Assembly (NCBI GenBank): GCA_002483085.1
Contig: DLHF01000063.1
Span: forward strand, 16,602 to 79,606
Reading direction: 5' to 3'
Length of the DNA stretch: 63,005 nt
Origin: Ignavibacteria bacterium UBA7675
GTDB lineage: Bacteria > Bacteroidota > Ignavibacteria > Kapaibacteriales > UB7675
Shown: piece after piece, positions 35,594 through 46,712 of the stretch
Layout of the letters: each line of letters begins with the position of its first letter
Position numbering within the stretch: position 1 is the first letter of the stretch
Notes under the pieces: model-generated
Seen by the model: only the letters and a program-made list of their open reading frames with translations
Databases searched by the model: none
Told to the model about the DNA's origin: nothing
Position numbers and translations under genes: made by a program

Positions 35594-38455
35594 ATGAAAA
35601 ACTCGTTTTTGCGCTCGTCTGTGGTGCGCCTTGTGATGCTGTGCTGTCTTCCTGTGGCTGCTCTTGCTGGTAAGGAAGATGCTCGGCGTGTAGTGCCCAA
35701 CACTGTGCTTGTAAGGCTCGTGCCGGGCGCAGTTACTATTGGCCAGGCTGGGTCGGTTGTCGGTGCTCCCGAAGTATATGCCAGCCGCCAGCTCTTAGCC
35801 GACAAGCAGAGCATATTGGCAAATACGGCACTTCGCAAGCGCATGGGAGTGCTTTCTGATAAGCGACTGGCGGAAATGATAAAGGCCGAACAACCGCTTT
35901 TACGCACCTTTGTCCTGAGATACGCAGGCGACGAAGACCCTATCAGCTTTGCGCAGCGCCTGATGAAAAACAATCCCGCTGTTGAGCGTGCCGAGCCTTC
36001 CTATATTCCCCGGCAGTTGAGCCCACCCAACGATCCGATGCTCAGCCAGCAGGAGATGCTCGGAGTTATACACGCACTGGAAGCATGGGATATCTACGAC
36101 GGCGACGCTTCGATGGCTGTGGCGGTGAGCGACGACGGTGTGAACCAGCAGCACGAAGACCTCATCAACTCGCTTTACGTCAATACCGGCGAGATACCAA
36201 ACAACGGTATCGACGACGACAACAATGGCTATATCGATGACTACAATGGTTATAATTTTGCCGCTGGCGATGACGACCGGCCTTGGGGCGACACATACAA
36301 TACGCGCCAGCATGGTACGAGCGTAGCCGGAGTACTCGGCGCTACAGCGAACAACAATATTGGCACTGCTGGCGTGGCTGGTAAGTGCAAAATATTTCCG
36401 CTCAAAATTGCTCCATTTGGCACACAATCGCTCGACTACGGCTATGAGTCTATTATTTATGCCGCAGTTAATGGCTTTAAGGTGCTGAACTGTAGTTGGG
36501 GTATTGATATTTATTCTGATATCAACCAGTCGATCATTGATTTTGCAGTGAGCCGCGACGTGGCAATTGTAGCTGCGGGTGGCAACGACGGCGACTCGCG
36601 GCTTGTGTTCCCGGCAGCGTACAATGGCGTGATGGGCGTAGCAAATAGCTGGCCGGACGACTACTTGTACAGCGGTTCTGCCTATGGTGCCCATGTAGAT
36701 ATTACTGCACCGGGAGAAGGCACAATAAGCACTGCAAATTCTGGCTACACGACTTTTGGTGGTACCTCGGGCGCTGCCCCTATTGTATCGGGAGCGCTGG
36801 CTATTGTGCGTGCACAGCACCCGGAGCTTACAGCGCCACAGGCTATCGAATTTCTCCGCCGCTGTACCGATGATATTACAGCGCAGAACATCGACAAAGC
36901 AGGGCTTGTGCCGGGACGCCTGAATATGCTCAAGGCTGTTACACTCAACCCATTCGACCAACCGGGCGTAGCGCTTATATCGTATGAAATGGCCGATGCT
37001 ATTGGTACGATCACAAATCGATTCTCCACCGGAGAGGATATCCATCTTGCGGTGACACTGAAAAATTATCTCGCGGCTACTCCCGGTGTGTTGTGCTCGC
37101 TGTCGGTGCTTTCGGATCCCGATGGAAGCCTACAGATTCTTGAAGGCGAAGTGCTCACACCGGCTCTGGCTTCCGGGCAGACGGCTACTGTCGGTGGATT
37201 CACCCTGAAAAAATTAAAGGAAAATACATCGACGGTGTTTCTGCGCGTAGATATGGCCAGCGACAACGACTACAACAGCTATTTTATTATTCCCTTCCGT
37301 CCATCGCTGGGATTTACTGTATTCAGCAACGACTCATTAGAATTCGCGATGACCGATGGCGGGCAGATAGGCTTCGAGAACCGCATGAAATACCCCGAGG
37401 ATCGGGGATTCCATCTTCAATCGTTTGGTAATTTCCTGTTCGAAGGTGGTATCATGGCCTGCGAAGGTGGAAGCCGGGTAGTAAGCGCCACGCGCAGCCA
37501 TCTGTGGGATGGATTAGAGCAAACCACAGCAGTGGATCACGATTTTGCAGTGCTCAAGACGTTTACTGCACCCGACCGCAACACGGGTGTAATTCGCGAC
37601 GAAAACGCATCGAGCCCGATTGGCCTGGAAATACAGCAGCGCGTGCGTATTCCCTCGCCGAGCAGCCGTATCACTGCCGTAGATATCGATGTTAGAAATG
37701 TTTCCGGCTCCGTGCTGAACGATGTATCCACAGGATATTTTTTCGATTGGGATATTGGGCGCTACGGCGAAGACAACACCATGGAAATTGTGTATGATGG
37801 CGTAATGAGTTCCGGTGTACAGATGGTGTGGGGAGTGGCTTCACGTCCCGGCCCTTATCCAGTTGTCGGCTGTGGTGTATATACAAGCAACCAGTCTGCT
37901 GTACGCCAGTTTGCAGAATTTGACAACTACAGCAATAGCGCCGCCAATCCTTTGAATACCGGTACAGGATTTGCGATAGAAGATAAAATTCGCTCACTCA
38001 CAAGCGGCAGAGCGCTCCATTACGACGGTTCGGGCGACGTTGGTTGCGTAGCTGGCATGCTGTTCCCCGGCGAATGGCAACCGGGTGAAACGCGCAGCTT
38101 TACGCTTCTACTCGGTGCAGCCTGGACGCAGGAAGAGCTACAGCAATCACTTGATGCCTATTGGGTGGCAACTGCTGTAAGCGAGCCGGAGCCTGTGCTT
38201 GGTGCTATACAACTGCAGCCCCAGCCCGCACAGGATTTTATGGATGTTGTTGGTTCTGCCACAGGCTCGTATGCAACGCTGGCCGTACTCAATGCGCTGG
38301 GTATGCCTGTGCAAGAGCCTTTTTCCGTGCCTGCCGATGGCGAGCATTTTCGTGCGCGTATGGATATCCATAGGCTTGCTTCCGGCGTGTACTTTCTCCG
38401 TGTGAGCGATGGAGCCGGGCAATCTGTTTCTGTACCCTTTGTTATTGTTAAATAG
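35594..38455 (+). CDS. S8 (subtilisin-like) serine peptidase with T9SS-type C-terminal domain
   Basis: VSDDG, HGTSVAG, AAGGN, GTSGAAP; NGIDDDNNGYIDD; C-terminal LASGVYFLRV. Confidence 0.92.
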   Translation: MKNSFLRSSVVRLVMLCCLPVAALAGKEDARRVVPNTVLVRLVPGAVTIGQAGSVVGAPEVYASRQLLADKQSILANTALRKRMGVLSDKRLAEMIKAEQPLLRTFVLRYAGDEDPISFAQRLMKNNPAVERAEPSYIPRQLSPPNDPMLSQQEMLGVIHALEAWDIYDGDASMAVAVSDDGVNQQHEDLINSLYVNTGEIPNNGIDDDNNGYIDDYNGYNFAAGDDDRPWGDTYNTRQHGTSVAGVLGATANNNIGTAGVAGKCKIFPLKIAPFGTQSLDYGYESIIYAAVNGFKVLNCSWGIDIYSDINQSIIDFAVSRDVAIVAAGGNDGDSRLVFPAAYNGVMGVANSWPDDYLYSGSAYGAHVDITAPGEGTISTANSGYTTFGGTSGAAPIVSGALAIVRAQHPELTAPQAIEFLRRCTDDITAQNIDKAGLVPGRLNMLKAVTLNPFDQPGVALISYEMADAIGTITNRFSTGEDIHLAVTLKNYLAATPGVLCSLSVLSDPDGSLQILEGEVLTPALASGQTATVGGFTLKKLKENTSTVFLRVDMASDNDYNSYFIIPFRPSLGFTVFSNDSLEFAMTDGGQIGFENRMKYPEDRGFHLQSFGNFLFEGGIMACEGGSRVVSATRSHLWDGLEQTTAVDHDFAVLKTFTAPDRNTGVIRDENASSPIGLEIQQRVRIPSPSSRITAVDIDVRNVSGSVLNDVSTGYFFDWDIGRYGEDNTMEIVYDGVMSSGVQMVWGVASRPGPYPVVGCGVYTSNQSAVRQFAEFDNYSNSAANPLNTGTGFAIEDKIRSLTSGRALHYDGSGDVGCVAGMLFPGEWQPGETRSFTLLLGAAWTQEELQQSLDAYWVATAVSEPEPVLGAIQLQPQPAQDFMDVVGSATGSYATLAVLNALGMPVQEPFSVPADGEHFRARMDIHRLASGVYFLRVSDGAGQSVSVPFVIVK

Positions 38456-38612
38456 ATGTAATAGGAACTTTCGGTTTGTGCAAACGGAAAAAAGTCGTAA
38501 TTTTTCCGACCCAGCGCACACCGCGTATCTTAATTGTACACATGTATGTTCTCTAATATCAATGCCTGCCTGCTTAGGTGGTTGGCAGCGATTTTCCAGT
38601 ACTAAAAAACGT

Positions 38613-39371
38613 ATGGACTATTTGCTTGTAGATCGGCACAATGGTGTCGCTGAAATAACATTAAATCGGCCTGATAAACGCAACGCCCTCAGTCCTGGAT
38701 TGGTGGGAGAACTGCGGGATGTCTTGGCCGACTTACGCAAGGACGATTCCGTAAAGGTGTTGGTATTACAGGGCAGTGGCAAAGCATTCTGTGCTGGCGC
38801 CGACCTCGCTTATCTTCAGCAGCTTGCGGATTTTTCTGTATTAGAAAACATGAGCGATTCCCGACACCTGCAGGAAACTCTTCATGCGCTGTACACATTC
38901 CCCCGGCCTGTCATTGCAAAAGTTCACGGCCCGGCTATTGCCGGAGGATGCGGCCTTGCTACGGTTTGCGACTTTATTGTGGCAGGGCGTGAGCGGGCTG
39001 TCTTCGGGTATTCCGAAGTGAAAATCGGCTTTATACCTGCCATTGTGATGGTGTATCTCGTGCGCAAAATTGGCGATACCCAAGCCCGTCGTCTGCTGCT
39101 GAGCGCCGAGCAGATTTCGGCAGATGAGGCGCTGCGGCTCGGCCTGATTACCCATGTTGCAGAGGATGCTGCGCTTGATACTGCTGTACAATCGCTGGTA
39201 GATACCCTGCTTGCCAATAGCTCTTCGGCGATGATGCTCACAAAGGAAATGCTGAATAATGTCCACGGTATGTCGCTCGATGCCGGGCTGCGCTATGCCT
39301 CGTCGATGAATGCACTGGCTCGCCAGACTGACGACTGCCGCAATGGTATTGCTCGATTCTTAAACAAGTGA
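38613..39371 (+). CDS. Enoyl-CoA hydratase/isomerase (methylglutaconyl-CoA hydratase-like)
   Basis: ITLNRPDKRNAL, FCAGADL, AIAGGCGL, SEVKIGFIPA; start placed at 38613. Confidence 0.9.
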   Translation: MDYLLVDRHNGVAEITLNRPDKRNALSPGLVGELRDVLADLRKDDSVKVLVLQGSGKAFCAGADLAYLQQLADFSVLENMSDSRHLQETLHALYTFPRPVIAKVHGPAIAGGCGLATVCDFIVAGRERAVFGYSEVKIGFIPAIVMVYLVRKIGDTQARRLLLSAEQISADEALRLGLITHVAEDAALDTAVQSLVDTLLANSSSAMMLTKEMLNNVHGMSLDAGLRYASSMNALARQTDDCRNGIARFLNK

Positions 39372-39448
39372 TAACTGCAACTGCGCTCTGGTGTTGCTGA
39401 TTTACAATTTTTAATACTGTATTATTCTACTATTTTTTCGGATTCACT

Positions 39449-40219
39449 ATGAAGCATTTCTTCCCTACTCCCACCCTTCACAAGTGTGTTGTTTTCTGTC
39501 TTATAGCGTTTTTCGCTTGTGGCCTCTCTTCTGCAATTGCCGGGCAGACCACTGTTCTGCTTCAGGGCAAATTGATGGACGAAAAAACCGGCCAGCCTGT
39601 AGAAGCAAGGTATGTAATTGCTACGCCGTCTGGCAAAAATCTCAAAGGTAAATCCACTGCCGATGGCTCCTTTAAGCAGGTGCTTAATGCAGGCGAAAGC
39701 TATACAATTACTTTTAATGATTACAATGTCGTGAAAACGGCCTCTGGGTTCTCCATGCCCGCTTCTGATAAATACTACGAAGAGAAGAAAGAGTTCCGCG
39801 TGCGTATGTTGCGTACTGGCGACCAACTCCTGTCGATAGTCGGATTTGACAAAAGCCAGTCTTCGCTCACGACCGCCGCTGTAAGCGAACTCACAAAAAT
39901 TGCCGAGCTCCTGAAGGAAAACCGTAGTATTGAAATCAACATGACTGTTGCTGCCGACGAGCTGCCCAAAAAGCAAGCGCCAAAGGCTAAAGCCAAAAAG
40001 CAGAAAAAGGGCAAAAAAGCTGATGTGGTAGCAGAAGAAGCCCCGGCTACAGATGCCTCTGTATCGTTAGTGCAGGCCCGGGCAGATGCTCTGCGCAAGC
40101 AGATGGAGCAATTCGACGCTTCTATCGTTAAACGTATAACATTTATCAACAGCCCTTCTCCCAGCGCCAGCGCTACGCTTGTTGTCGATATTGGCCAAGT
40201 GAAAAATAAATTTGAATAA
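39449..40219 (+). CDS. Secreted protein with a degenerate OmpA-like C-terminal domain
   Basis: Signal peptide; FDKSQSSL..L..IAELLKEN..QARADAL. Confidence 0.55.
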   Translation: MKHFFPTPTLHKCVVFCLIAFFACGLSSAIAGQTTVLLQGKLMDEKTGQPVEARYVIATPSGKNLKGKSTADGSFKQVLNAGESYTITFNDYNVVKTASGFSMPASDKYYEEKKEFRVRMLRTGDQLLSIVGFDKSQSSLTTAAVSELTKIAELLKENRSIEINMTVAADELPKKQAPKAKAKKQKKGKKADVVAEEAPATDASVSLVQARADALRKQMEQFDASIVKRITFINSPSPSASATLVVDIGQVKNKFE

Positions 40220-40311
40220 GGGTGTTGGCGAGATCAGGCAGAAGGCTGTGCGATGACAGGCCCGGCTGTGTGATACGGCGGGGATTCTCTCGAAAATAAA
40301 GGAGATGTATC

Positions 40312-41007
40312 ATGAGTGGAAAAATGATCGAGTTTCAAGGGAATGGCACAACATATCGAGGTTATTGTTCGCCTGCGTTCAACCGCGGTCCCGGTATTAT
40401 TGTGATACAGGAATGGTGGGGGCTTGTCGACCACATCAAAGATCTGTGTGACCGATTTGCTGCAGCCGGTTTCACTGCCTTTGCTCCAGACTTTTATCAC
40501 GGCAAAGAAACAAAATCGCCCGATGAAGCCGGGAAGATGATGATGTCGCTGAATATCGACGACGCTTCCAAGGTGATAGAAGGCGCTATTGGGGAATTGC
40601 TGAAACAGTACGAGTGTACGAGCGAAACGGTGGGTGTCGTAGGTTTCTGCATGGGCGGACAACTCGCTTTGTATGCTGCTGCTGCGAATCCCGACCGTGT
40701 TTCGGCTTGTGTGGACTTCTACGGATTTCCTTTTCATCCGGATATCAAACCACCTTTCGACCAGATGAAAGCGGCGGTTCTTGCGTTTTTCGGTGAAAAC
40801 GACCACCTGGCAAACGCCGATGTCATTGCTTCTCTGCGCGGGCAGTTAGAGCAGGCGGGAGTTGATGTAGAAGTTGAGGTGTATGAGGACGCCGATCATG
40901 CGTTCTTCAACGACACGCGCAAAGAAGTGTTCGACGAAGAAGCGGCTGAAGATGCTTGGAAGCGCATGCTGATTTTCTTCCGCAATCATGTGCCCAATGC
41001 AGCGTGA
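40312..41007 (+). CDS. Dienelactone hydrolase family protein
   Basis: IQEWWGL, GFCMGG, HAFFND. Confidence 0.92.
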   Translation: MSGKMIEFQGNGTTYRGYCSPAFNRGPGIIVIQEWWGLVDHIKDLCDRFAAAGFTAFAPDFYHGKETKSPDEAGKMMMSLNIDDASKVIEGAIGELLKQYECTSETVGVVGFCMGGQLALYAAAANPDRVSACVDFYGFPFHPDIKPPFDQMKAAVLAFFGENDHLANADVIASLRGQLEQAGVDVEVEVYEDADHAFFNDTRKEVFDEEAAEDAWKRMLIFFRNHVPNAA

Positions 41008-41032
41008 CAGCAGCAAATCCCATGAGAAACAG

Positions 41033-41068
41033 AAAACCCCGGTTGCAGTGTGCCGCCGGGGTTTTTTT
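41033..41068 (+). terminator. Intrinsic terminator
   Basis: AAAACCCCGG...CCGGGGTTTTTTT. Confidence 0.75.
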
Positions 41069-41100
41069 CTTGTACAGCTCTCTGATCCGCAGAAGCGATG

Positions 41101-41165
41101 ATTGGCATAGGCGTCTTGTGCATGCTGCCGTGGCCAGTTGCTTCATCGGCGCATCGCTCCGGCGA
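41101..41165 (-). repeat. Partial, degenerate copy D of the dispersed repeat
   Basis: Reverse complement contains CAAGACGCCTATGCCA versus CAAGACGCCCGTGCCA in copy C. Confidence 0.4.
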
Positions 41166-41220
41166 TAGCGAATTACTTGTGTCCGTATCGCATGATACCG
41201 AGCTATGTACTTGCTTCTGA

Positions 41221-42336
41221 TTACTTGATGAAGTCGTAGGAGTCGACGTACTCCATGTCGAAAGCTTCGGCCACACCGCGATAGGTGATATGTCCCTTGT
41301 AGGTATTGAGACCATAGCGCAGTTCTTCATTGCTGCGAATAGCTTCCTCATAGCCGAGATTTGCGATTTGGATCGCATAGGGAAGCGTAGCATTGGTAAG
41401 GCCGATTGTAGATGTAAAGGGAACTGCACCCGGCATATTTGCCACGCAATAGTGCACGATACCATCTACAGTATAAATCGGATCAGCGTGAGTTGTGGCC
41501 TTGCTTGTTTCGAAACAGCCACCTTGATCAATAGATACATCGACCAGAACGCTACCTTCGCGCATCTCGCCGAGCATCTCGCGTGTAACGAGGTAGGGAG
41601 CTTTTGCGCCCGGGATCAGGACGGCACCGATAACGAGATCGGCTGTTCTGATTGCTTCGCGGATATTATAGGGATTCGACATCATCGTTGTGATGTTTTT
41701 CGGCATTACATCATCGAGGTAGCGCAGGCGGTACAGATTGCTATCAAAAATTGTAACACGGGCGCCAAAGCCTGCTGCGATTTTTGCGGAGTTTGTACCC
41801 ACAATACCACCGCCGAGCACCAGCACATTAGCCGGTTGGGTGCCCGGGATACCGCCGAGCAGTACACCGCGACCGCCCATTGTGCGTTCGAGGTATTTTG
41901 CACCTTCCTGGGGAGCCATACGTCCTGCAACTTCGCTCATCGGAATAAGCAGCGGCAGCGAGCCATCTTTGCGCTGCACTGTTTCGTAGGCAATCGTAAT
42001 GCTTTTGCTTTGCAGCATTGCATCGGTAAGCTCGCGCGATGCAGCGTAGTGGAAATAGGTAAATACAATCTGATTTTCGCGGATAAGGCCGTACTCTTGT
42101 GCAATCGGCTCTTTTACCTTCATAATCATATCCGCTCTGTCGAATACTTCTTTTGCCGTAGCTACGATTTCAGCGCCTGCTGCTACATAGCTGTCGTCGC
42201 TGAATCCGCTGCCTTTGCCGGCATTGGTTTCGATGAGGACGGTATGACCGTGTTGTTTAAGCGCCTCTACGCCGCTGGGAGCAAGCGCAACGCGGTTCTC
42301 GTTCGACTTGATTTCCTTGGGAACACCGATGATCAT
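41221..42336 (-). CDS. ald: Alanine dehydrogenase
   Basis: [42 protein letters not shown]; start placed at 42336. Confidence 0.96.
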   Translation of the reverse strand: MIIGVPKEIKSNENRVALAPSGVEALKQHGHTVLIETNAGKGSGFSDDSYVAAGAEIVATAKEVFDRADMIMKVKEPIAQEYGLIRENQIVFTYFHYAASRELTDAMLQSKSITIAYETVQRKDGSLPLLIPMSEVAGRMAPQEGAKYLERTMGGRGVLLGGIPGTQPANVLVLGGGIVGTNSAKIAAGFGARVTIFDSNLYRLRYLDDVMPKNITTMMSNPYNIREAIRTADLVIGAVLIPGAKAPYLVTREMLGEMREGSVLVDVSIDQGGCFETSKATTHADPIYTVDGIVHYCVANMPGAVPFTSTIGLTNATLPYAIQIANLGYEEAIRSNEELRYGLNTYKGHITYRGVAEAFDMEYVDSYDFIK

Positions 42337-42534
42337 GACGAAATCCAGAATGATTGTAAGGAAAAATGCGAGATAGTCTCGGATGTTTATACGAAAGCCC
42401 AAATTTACATAAAATCTTCTTTCCCGGCGACGAGAATTTGGGTGGACGGCAAAACAACACGTGCTTTTAGAGCCTGATAAAACAAAAGCGCCCTGATAGA
42501 AAAGCAGGACGCTTGGCGGAAATTATCTGGATGC

Positions 42535-44046
42535 CTATCGCGAAGGGCGTATCTGCCGCGTAGCTGCGGGCTCTGCTTTGCGGCTTTTTCCGCTCGGAAT
42601 AATAGCATAGGGGACATTGGGCGTGGGCTGGTAGGAAATCTGAACTTCGATGTATGTATCGTTGCCCGACCCCTGAATCACTTTGCCATTTTTTGCCAGC
42701 ACAAGTACCTTGGCGTAATTGCCTTCCTCGGTTTGCACGACAAATGCGAAACCTTTGTTGCTGTTAATGATCTGTAGCTGTTCGATTTTATCAACAAATA
42801 GCGGCGAAGGATCGCCCATATCTTCGAGGTTGGTAATGTCGGAATAGCGATTTGTACTTACATAGGTACGTCTGGCGAGCGCTCCATTAGGAAAGGTGAA
42901 GCTATTATCAACATATATGGTCTGTGCGGGCGAGCCAATCGCTGGCTGCATTGGTTCGCTATCGTCGAATGCTAAATCCCAATCGCCTCCGTCGGCAATA
43001 GTCAGTACTCGTATCTGGCCAGTATTATCCTCGAAATCGACACCTGCGCCCATCGTTGATTTGGAGCCGTACAACCGTATGACTGGCGAGATACGCGCAG
43101 GAGCCCAACTGATAGATGCGTCGGAGCTTGCTTTCCCGGTTGTCGTTCGTGCGCGCAGAGTAAATGTGTACACGGTGCCTGCTGTAAGCTCGCCTACAGT
43201 GTAGGAAGTCTTTTCTTTGCCAATGGCGATAGGTTGCGAAGAACCACCGGGTTCGTAGGCCAGCTCGTATTTGTCGAAATTGGAATTACCTGCGTCGGGA
43301 GAGGCTGTCCACTGCAGACGTATTTCTGTGCTGCTGGTCGCTGTGGCAAGCAGACCCGACGGAGGTGCTGGCGGAGGGGTATTGTCATGTGTTGTTGCCG
43401 ACGTTGATACCGATATGCTGCTGCGGCCATCAGCGGTGCGGGCTACCAGAGCAAACGTATAAAGCGTGCCTTCTGCAAGCCCGGTAGCTGTGTAGGAAGT
43501 AGCGGTGCTGGCCAGCTCGATGTCCTGCGCTCCATACGAAAGGATATACCCTGCAAAATCGCTCCAAGATGCACTTGTAGATGCAGTCCACGCAAGCTCT
43601 ATTTCTGTGGCGTGGATATCTACTGTTCTGAAGTTAGTAGGCGAGGCAGGGGGTGGTAATGGGGGTGTTGCCACGCTGAATATTGCTGCAACGCTTTCTT
43701 CGCCTTCTGAGTTCAGGGCTTTCAAAGAGAATGTGTAGTTCGTGTTGGGTGCCAGCCCTGTTACAGTGTAGGACGTTGCTGCTTTGTTTATACCCGTGAT
43801 AGTAGTATCTGCATAGGAGAGCTTGTAGCCCGCCAGAGCGAGAATGCCATTACCACTTTTACCAGATTCTTGCAGCATGGCTTCCGAAGGAGTTTTCCAA
43901 GTGAGAGTAACGCTGGTGGGCGTGACCGATTCGGAACCAATTTCCCGGGGTATGGATGGAATGGGCTCAGGCTGAACGGGGTCGTCGCCACTACAGCCGG
44001 GGAGCAATGTGCAAAGTATGAGTAGTAGGGCAACGTAGAGTTTCAT
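42535..44046 (-). CDS. Lipoprotein with three fibronectin type III domains and a conserved C-terminal domain
   Basis: LPGC lipobox; repeated L.W...Y.L.Y...YTVTGL...Y.F. Confidence 0.8.
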   Translation of the reverse strand: MKLYVALLLILCTLLPGCSGDDPVQPEPIPSIPREIGSESVTPTSVTLTWKTPSEAMLQESGKSGNGILALAGYKLSYADTTITGINKAATSYTVTGLAPNTNYTFSLKALNSEGEESVAAIFSVATPPLPPPASPTNFRTVDIHATEIELAWTASTSASWSDFAGYILSYGAQDIELASTATSYTATGLAEGTLYTFALVARTADGRSSISVSTSATTHDNTPPPAPPSGLLATATSSTEIRLQWTASPDAGNSNFDKYELAYEPGGSSQPIAIGKEKTSYTVGELTAGTVYTFTLRARTTTGKASSDASISWAPARISPVIRLYGSKSTMGAGVDFEDNTGQIRVLTIADGGDWDLAFDDSEPMQPAIGSPAQTIYVDNSFTFPNGALARRTYVSTNRYSDITNLEDMGDPSPLFVDKIEQLQIINSNKGFAFVVQTEEGNYAKVLVLAKNGKVIQGSGNDTYIEVQISYQPTPNVPYAIIPSGKSRKAEPAATRQIRPSR

Positions 44047-44125
44047 GGCAGTTCCTGATGGAGCTGTATAAGTGTATTGGTTGCCGCAAAAGTAACAAAG
44101 ATTTTCCGATAAGTGGTTTTAAAAT

Positions 44126-44157
44126 AAAAAATGCCCCGCCGAAAAAGCGGGGCATTT
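44126..44157 (-). terminator. Intrinsic terminator
   Basis: AAATGCCCCGC stem with a T-run on the minus strand. Confidence 0.7.
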
Positions 44158-44186
44158 GGTTGTAGCTATCTGTAGCTCAACAACAA

Positions 44187-45155
44187 TTACTTGGTAGCGC
44201 GTGCTGTATTGCGCTGTACGGTGTTGCCAACAACGAAGTCGGTCGGAACACCTTTGGGCAGTGCATACGGAGTATTGATTGTCGGTTGGTACGAAATCTG
44301 TACTTCGATATAGCGATCAGCACCTGTACCGTGAACAACTTGGCCGCCGGTTGCGAGTACTAATACTTTTGCGAAGTTACCTTCGGCAGTTTTAGCTATA
44401 AAAGCGAACGGCTGTGTTGCTGTAGGTGTAAATGCCTGAAGCTGCTCTAATGTACCTGCTTGCAGAGCTGCGGATTCAAACACGCTCTCCAACGAGCTAG
44501 CACCTGTATAACGAGCCGAGCTTACGAAGGTTTTTTTAGCCATTTGATCGTTGTTCGGAGCTTTGAATGCTCCTGTTTCTGTAACATAGCTCGTCTGATA
44601 AGGCGAACCAATGCCGAGTGTATCCGGGTCTGTATCGTCGAAGCCGATATCCCACGCGCCGCCATTGGCAACTTTGAGCTGTGCCGGAGCACCATCGGTA
44701 CCGCCGTTAAAATCCAAACCACTTCCCTGGCTCGATGCTGAACCGTACAGGCGAATAACGCCGGAGAAACGAGCCGGAGCCCATTTGATTTGCGTACCGC
44801 CGCTTACTGTACTGTTGCTGCCTTTAGCCTTCAGTGTAAAAGTATAAGGCGTTCCCACTGCAAGGTTTTCTACCGTGTACGATGTCTGATTAGCAGTAAT
44901 GCTGATCGGCGTTGTACCACCGGGTGAATAGGTCAGCTCATAGCCTGAAAGGCTGATGGTAGCCGAGCTCGACGGGGCTGTCCATTTCAGAAGGATTTTA
45001 CCTATGTTGCCTGTGTTGGCACCAGAGGTAGCCATGAGATTTGTTGGATTGTTAATAGTATCGGTGGGACCATTTTCATTTTCGTTACAACCGAACGCAA
45101 TAAGCGCAACGGCCAGCATAGCAAAAAAAGTGCTTGAAATTCTGAACTTCTTCAT
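44187..45155 (-). CDS. Lipoprotein with one FN3 domain, paralog of 42535..44046
   Basis: AFGC lipobox; shared IRLYGS..EGNxAKVLV..YIEVQISYQPT. Confidence 0.8.
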   Translation of the reverse strand: MKKFRISSTFFAMLAVALIAFGCNENENGPTDTINNPTNLMATSGANTGNIGKILLKWTAPSSSATISLSGYELTYSPGGTTPISITANQTSYTVENLAVGTPYTFTLKAKGSNSTVSGGTQIKWAPARFSGVIRLYGSASSQGSGLDFNGGTDGAPAQLKVANGGAWDIGFDDTDPDTLGIGSPYQTSYVTETGAFKAPNNDQMAKKTFVSSARYTGASSLESVFESAALQAGTLEQLQAFTPTATQPFAFIAKTAEGNFAKVLVLATGGQVVHGTGADRYIEVQISYQPTINTPYALPKGVPTDFVVGNTVQRNTARATK

Positions 45156-45389
45156 ACAGCGACTCCATAATGATAAAATTGTGAGAACAATATATTAGCC
45201 GACAATCGAAATCTGGGGAATATACGAAAGCGTTTTTGCGATTGTTCCAACTCTGGCAAACATTACTCGGGGGCAGAATGTTTCACAAAGGTAGAAACAC
45301 TGTAATTTCACGGGTGCAAATATTGAACAGTTCGCCCAAAAAATCAAGCGTTTTCCGCAGGTTGTGCTGGGTGGGTGGGCTATTATGCG

Positions 45390-46652
45390 TCAGTAATTTA
45401 CTACCGATCTGTGCCCCTTGATCCACACTTCGCTTATATGATTGACGCCAAAGTGGTAAATCATATCTGTGTAGGATGTAGTTCCGGCAATCAGGAAGCT
45501 CGCTTCTTTGCCCGGTTCCAGGCTGCCCATGCTATCGGAAGTAGCAATCGCCGCCGCGCCATTCAGCGTTGCTGCACACAGGGCCTCTTCCATTGTCATT
45601 TTCATTTGGGTACAGGCCAGCGAGAGCATAAGCTGCATATTTTCGGTAAAGCAAGAGCCGGGATTGCAGTCCGTTGCCAAGGCAATGGCCATTCCTTCTT
45701 CAATCATCCGGCGGGCTGGTGCGTAGGGCAAGCCGAGGAAATAAGCCGTGCCCGGCAGAAGTGTTCCCACAACTCCAGCTTTGCTCATTGCCGCAATGCC
45801 TTCGCTATTGATATTCAGCAAATGGTCGGCAGAGCTACAGCTCAAGCGCGCCGAAAGAGCAGCGGCGCTTACGTCGCTGAGCTCGTCGGCGTGAATTTTC
45901 AGCTTCATTCCAGCTTGCTCGGCCCGCAGCAGGATGCGCTCTGTTTCTTCGATAGTATAATACCCTGTGTCGGTAAAAACATCGCAGAATTCTGCCAATC
46001 CTTCCTCGGCTACAGCAGGTATCATTGTGTCGCAAAGCAAAGTGATATAGGCTTCGCGGTTGTTTTTGTATTCGGGCGGGATATCGTGTGCGCCCAGAAA
46101 TGTAGCACTGATGTGCAGCGGCAGTTCATCGCGCAGAATACGAATAGCACGGAGCTGGTTGAGCTCGCTTTCGAGGTCGAGGCCATAGCCACTTTTGATT
46201 TCTACAGCCGTTGTGCCGTAGCGCATGGCGCTAGTTACTAAATGCAGACCAGTTGCGGCCAGTTGTTCCACAGAACTTTCGCGAACAGCGCGCATTGTCT
46301 TGAGAATGCCGCCGCCTTCGGCTGCAATTTCCTGGTAGGTTGTACCGCGCAGGCGCCGTGCAAATTCGTCCGACCGGTTGCCAGCAAATACCATGTGCGT
46401 GTGTGAGTCGACAAAACCCGGCAGCACGGTTTTGCCACTACAGTCTATAATCTCATCGGCGAGGAAGTCGAGGTTTTCCATACGGGTGTGAGCTTCTGCT
46501 GCTGTACCAATCCAATGCACAGTGCCATCGCGTATCAGCAAAGCACCGTCAGAGATTGCACCGATATCCTGCATTTGCGCGCCGCTTTTGCGGGCTGCGC
46601 CGTTGGCATTCATTGTAACAAGAGAAGCAATATTTGTAAGAAGTGTGGTCAT
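45390..46652 (-). CDS. hutI: Imidazolonepropionase
   Basis: PGFVDSHTH, GGGIL.T, EIKSGYGL, HADEL, ATDCNPGS; start placed at 46652. Confidence 0.95.
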   Translation of the reverse strand: MTTLLTNIASLVTMNANGAARKSGAQMQDIGAISDGALLIRDGTVHWIGTAAEAHTRMENLDFLADEIIDCSGKTVLPGFVDSHTHMVFAGNRSDEFARRLRGTTYQEIAAEGGGILKTMRAVRESSVEQLAATGLHLVTSAMRYGTTAVEIKSGYGLDLESELNQLRAIRILRDELPLHISATFLGAHDIPPEYKNNREAYITLLCDTMIPAVAEEGLAEFCDVFTDTGYYTIEETERILLRAEQAGMKLKIHADELSDVSAAALSARLSCSSADHLLNINSEGIAAMSKAGVVGTLLPGTAYFLGLPYAPARRMIEEGMAIALATDCNPGSCFTENMQLMLSLACTQMKMTMEEALCAATLNGAAAIATSDSMGSLEPGKEASFLIAGTTSYTDMIYHFGVNHISEVWIKGHRSVVNY

Positions 46653-46712
46653 GGACAGAAGGAATAAAAGCGATAACAGGGAATGATAAGAAAACAATCG
46701 GCACGCGCATCA

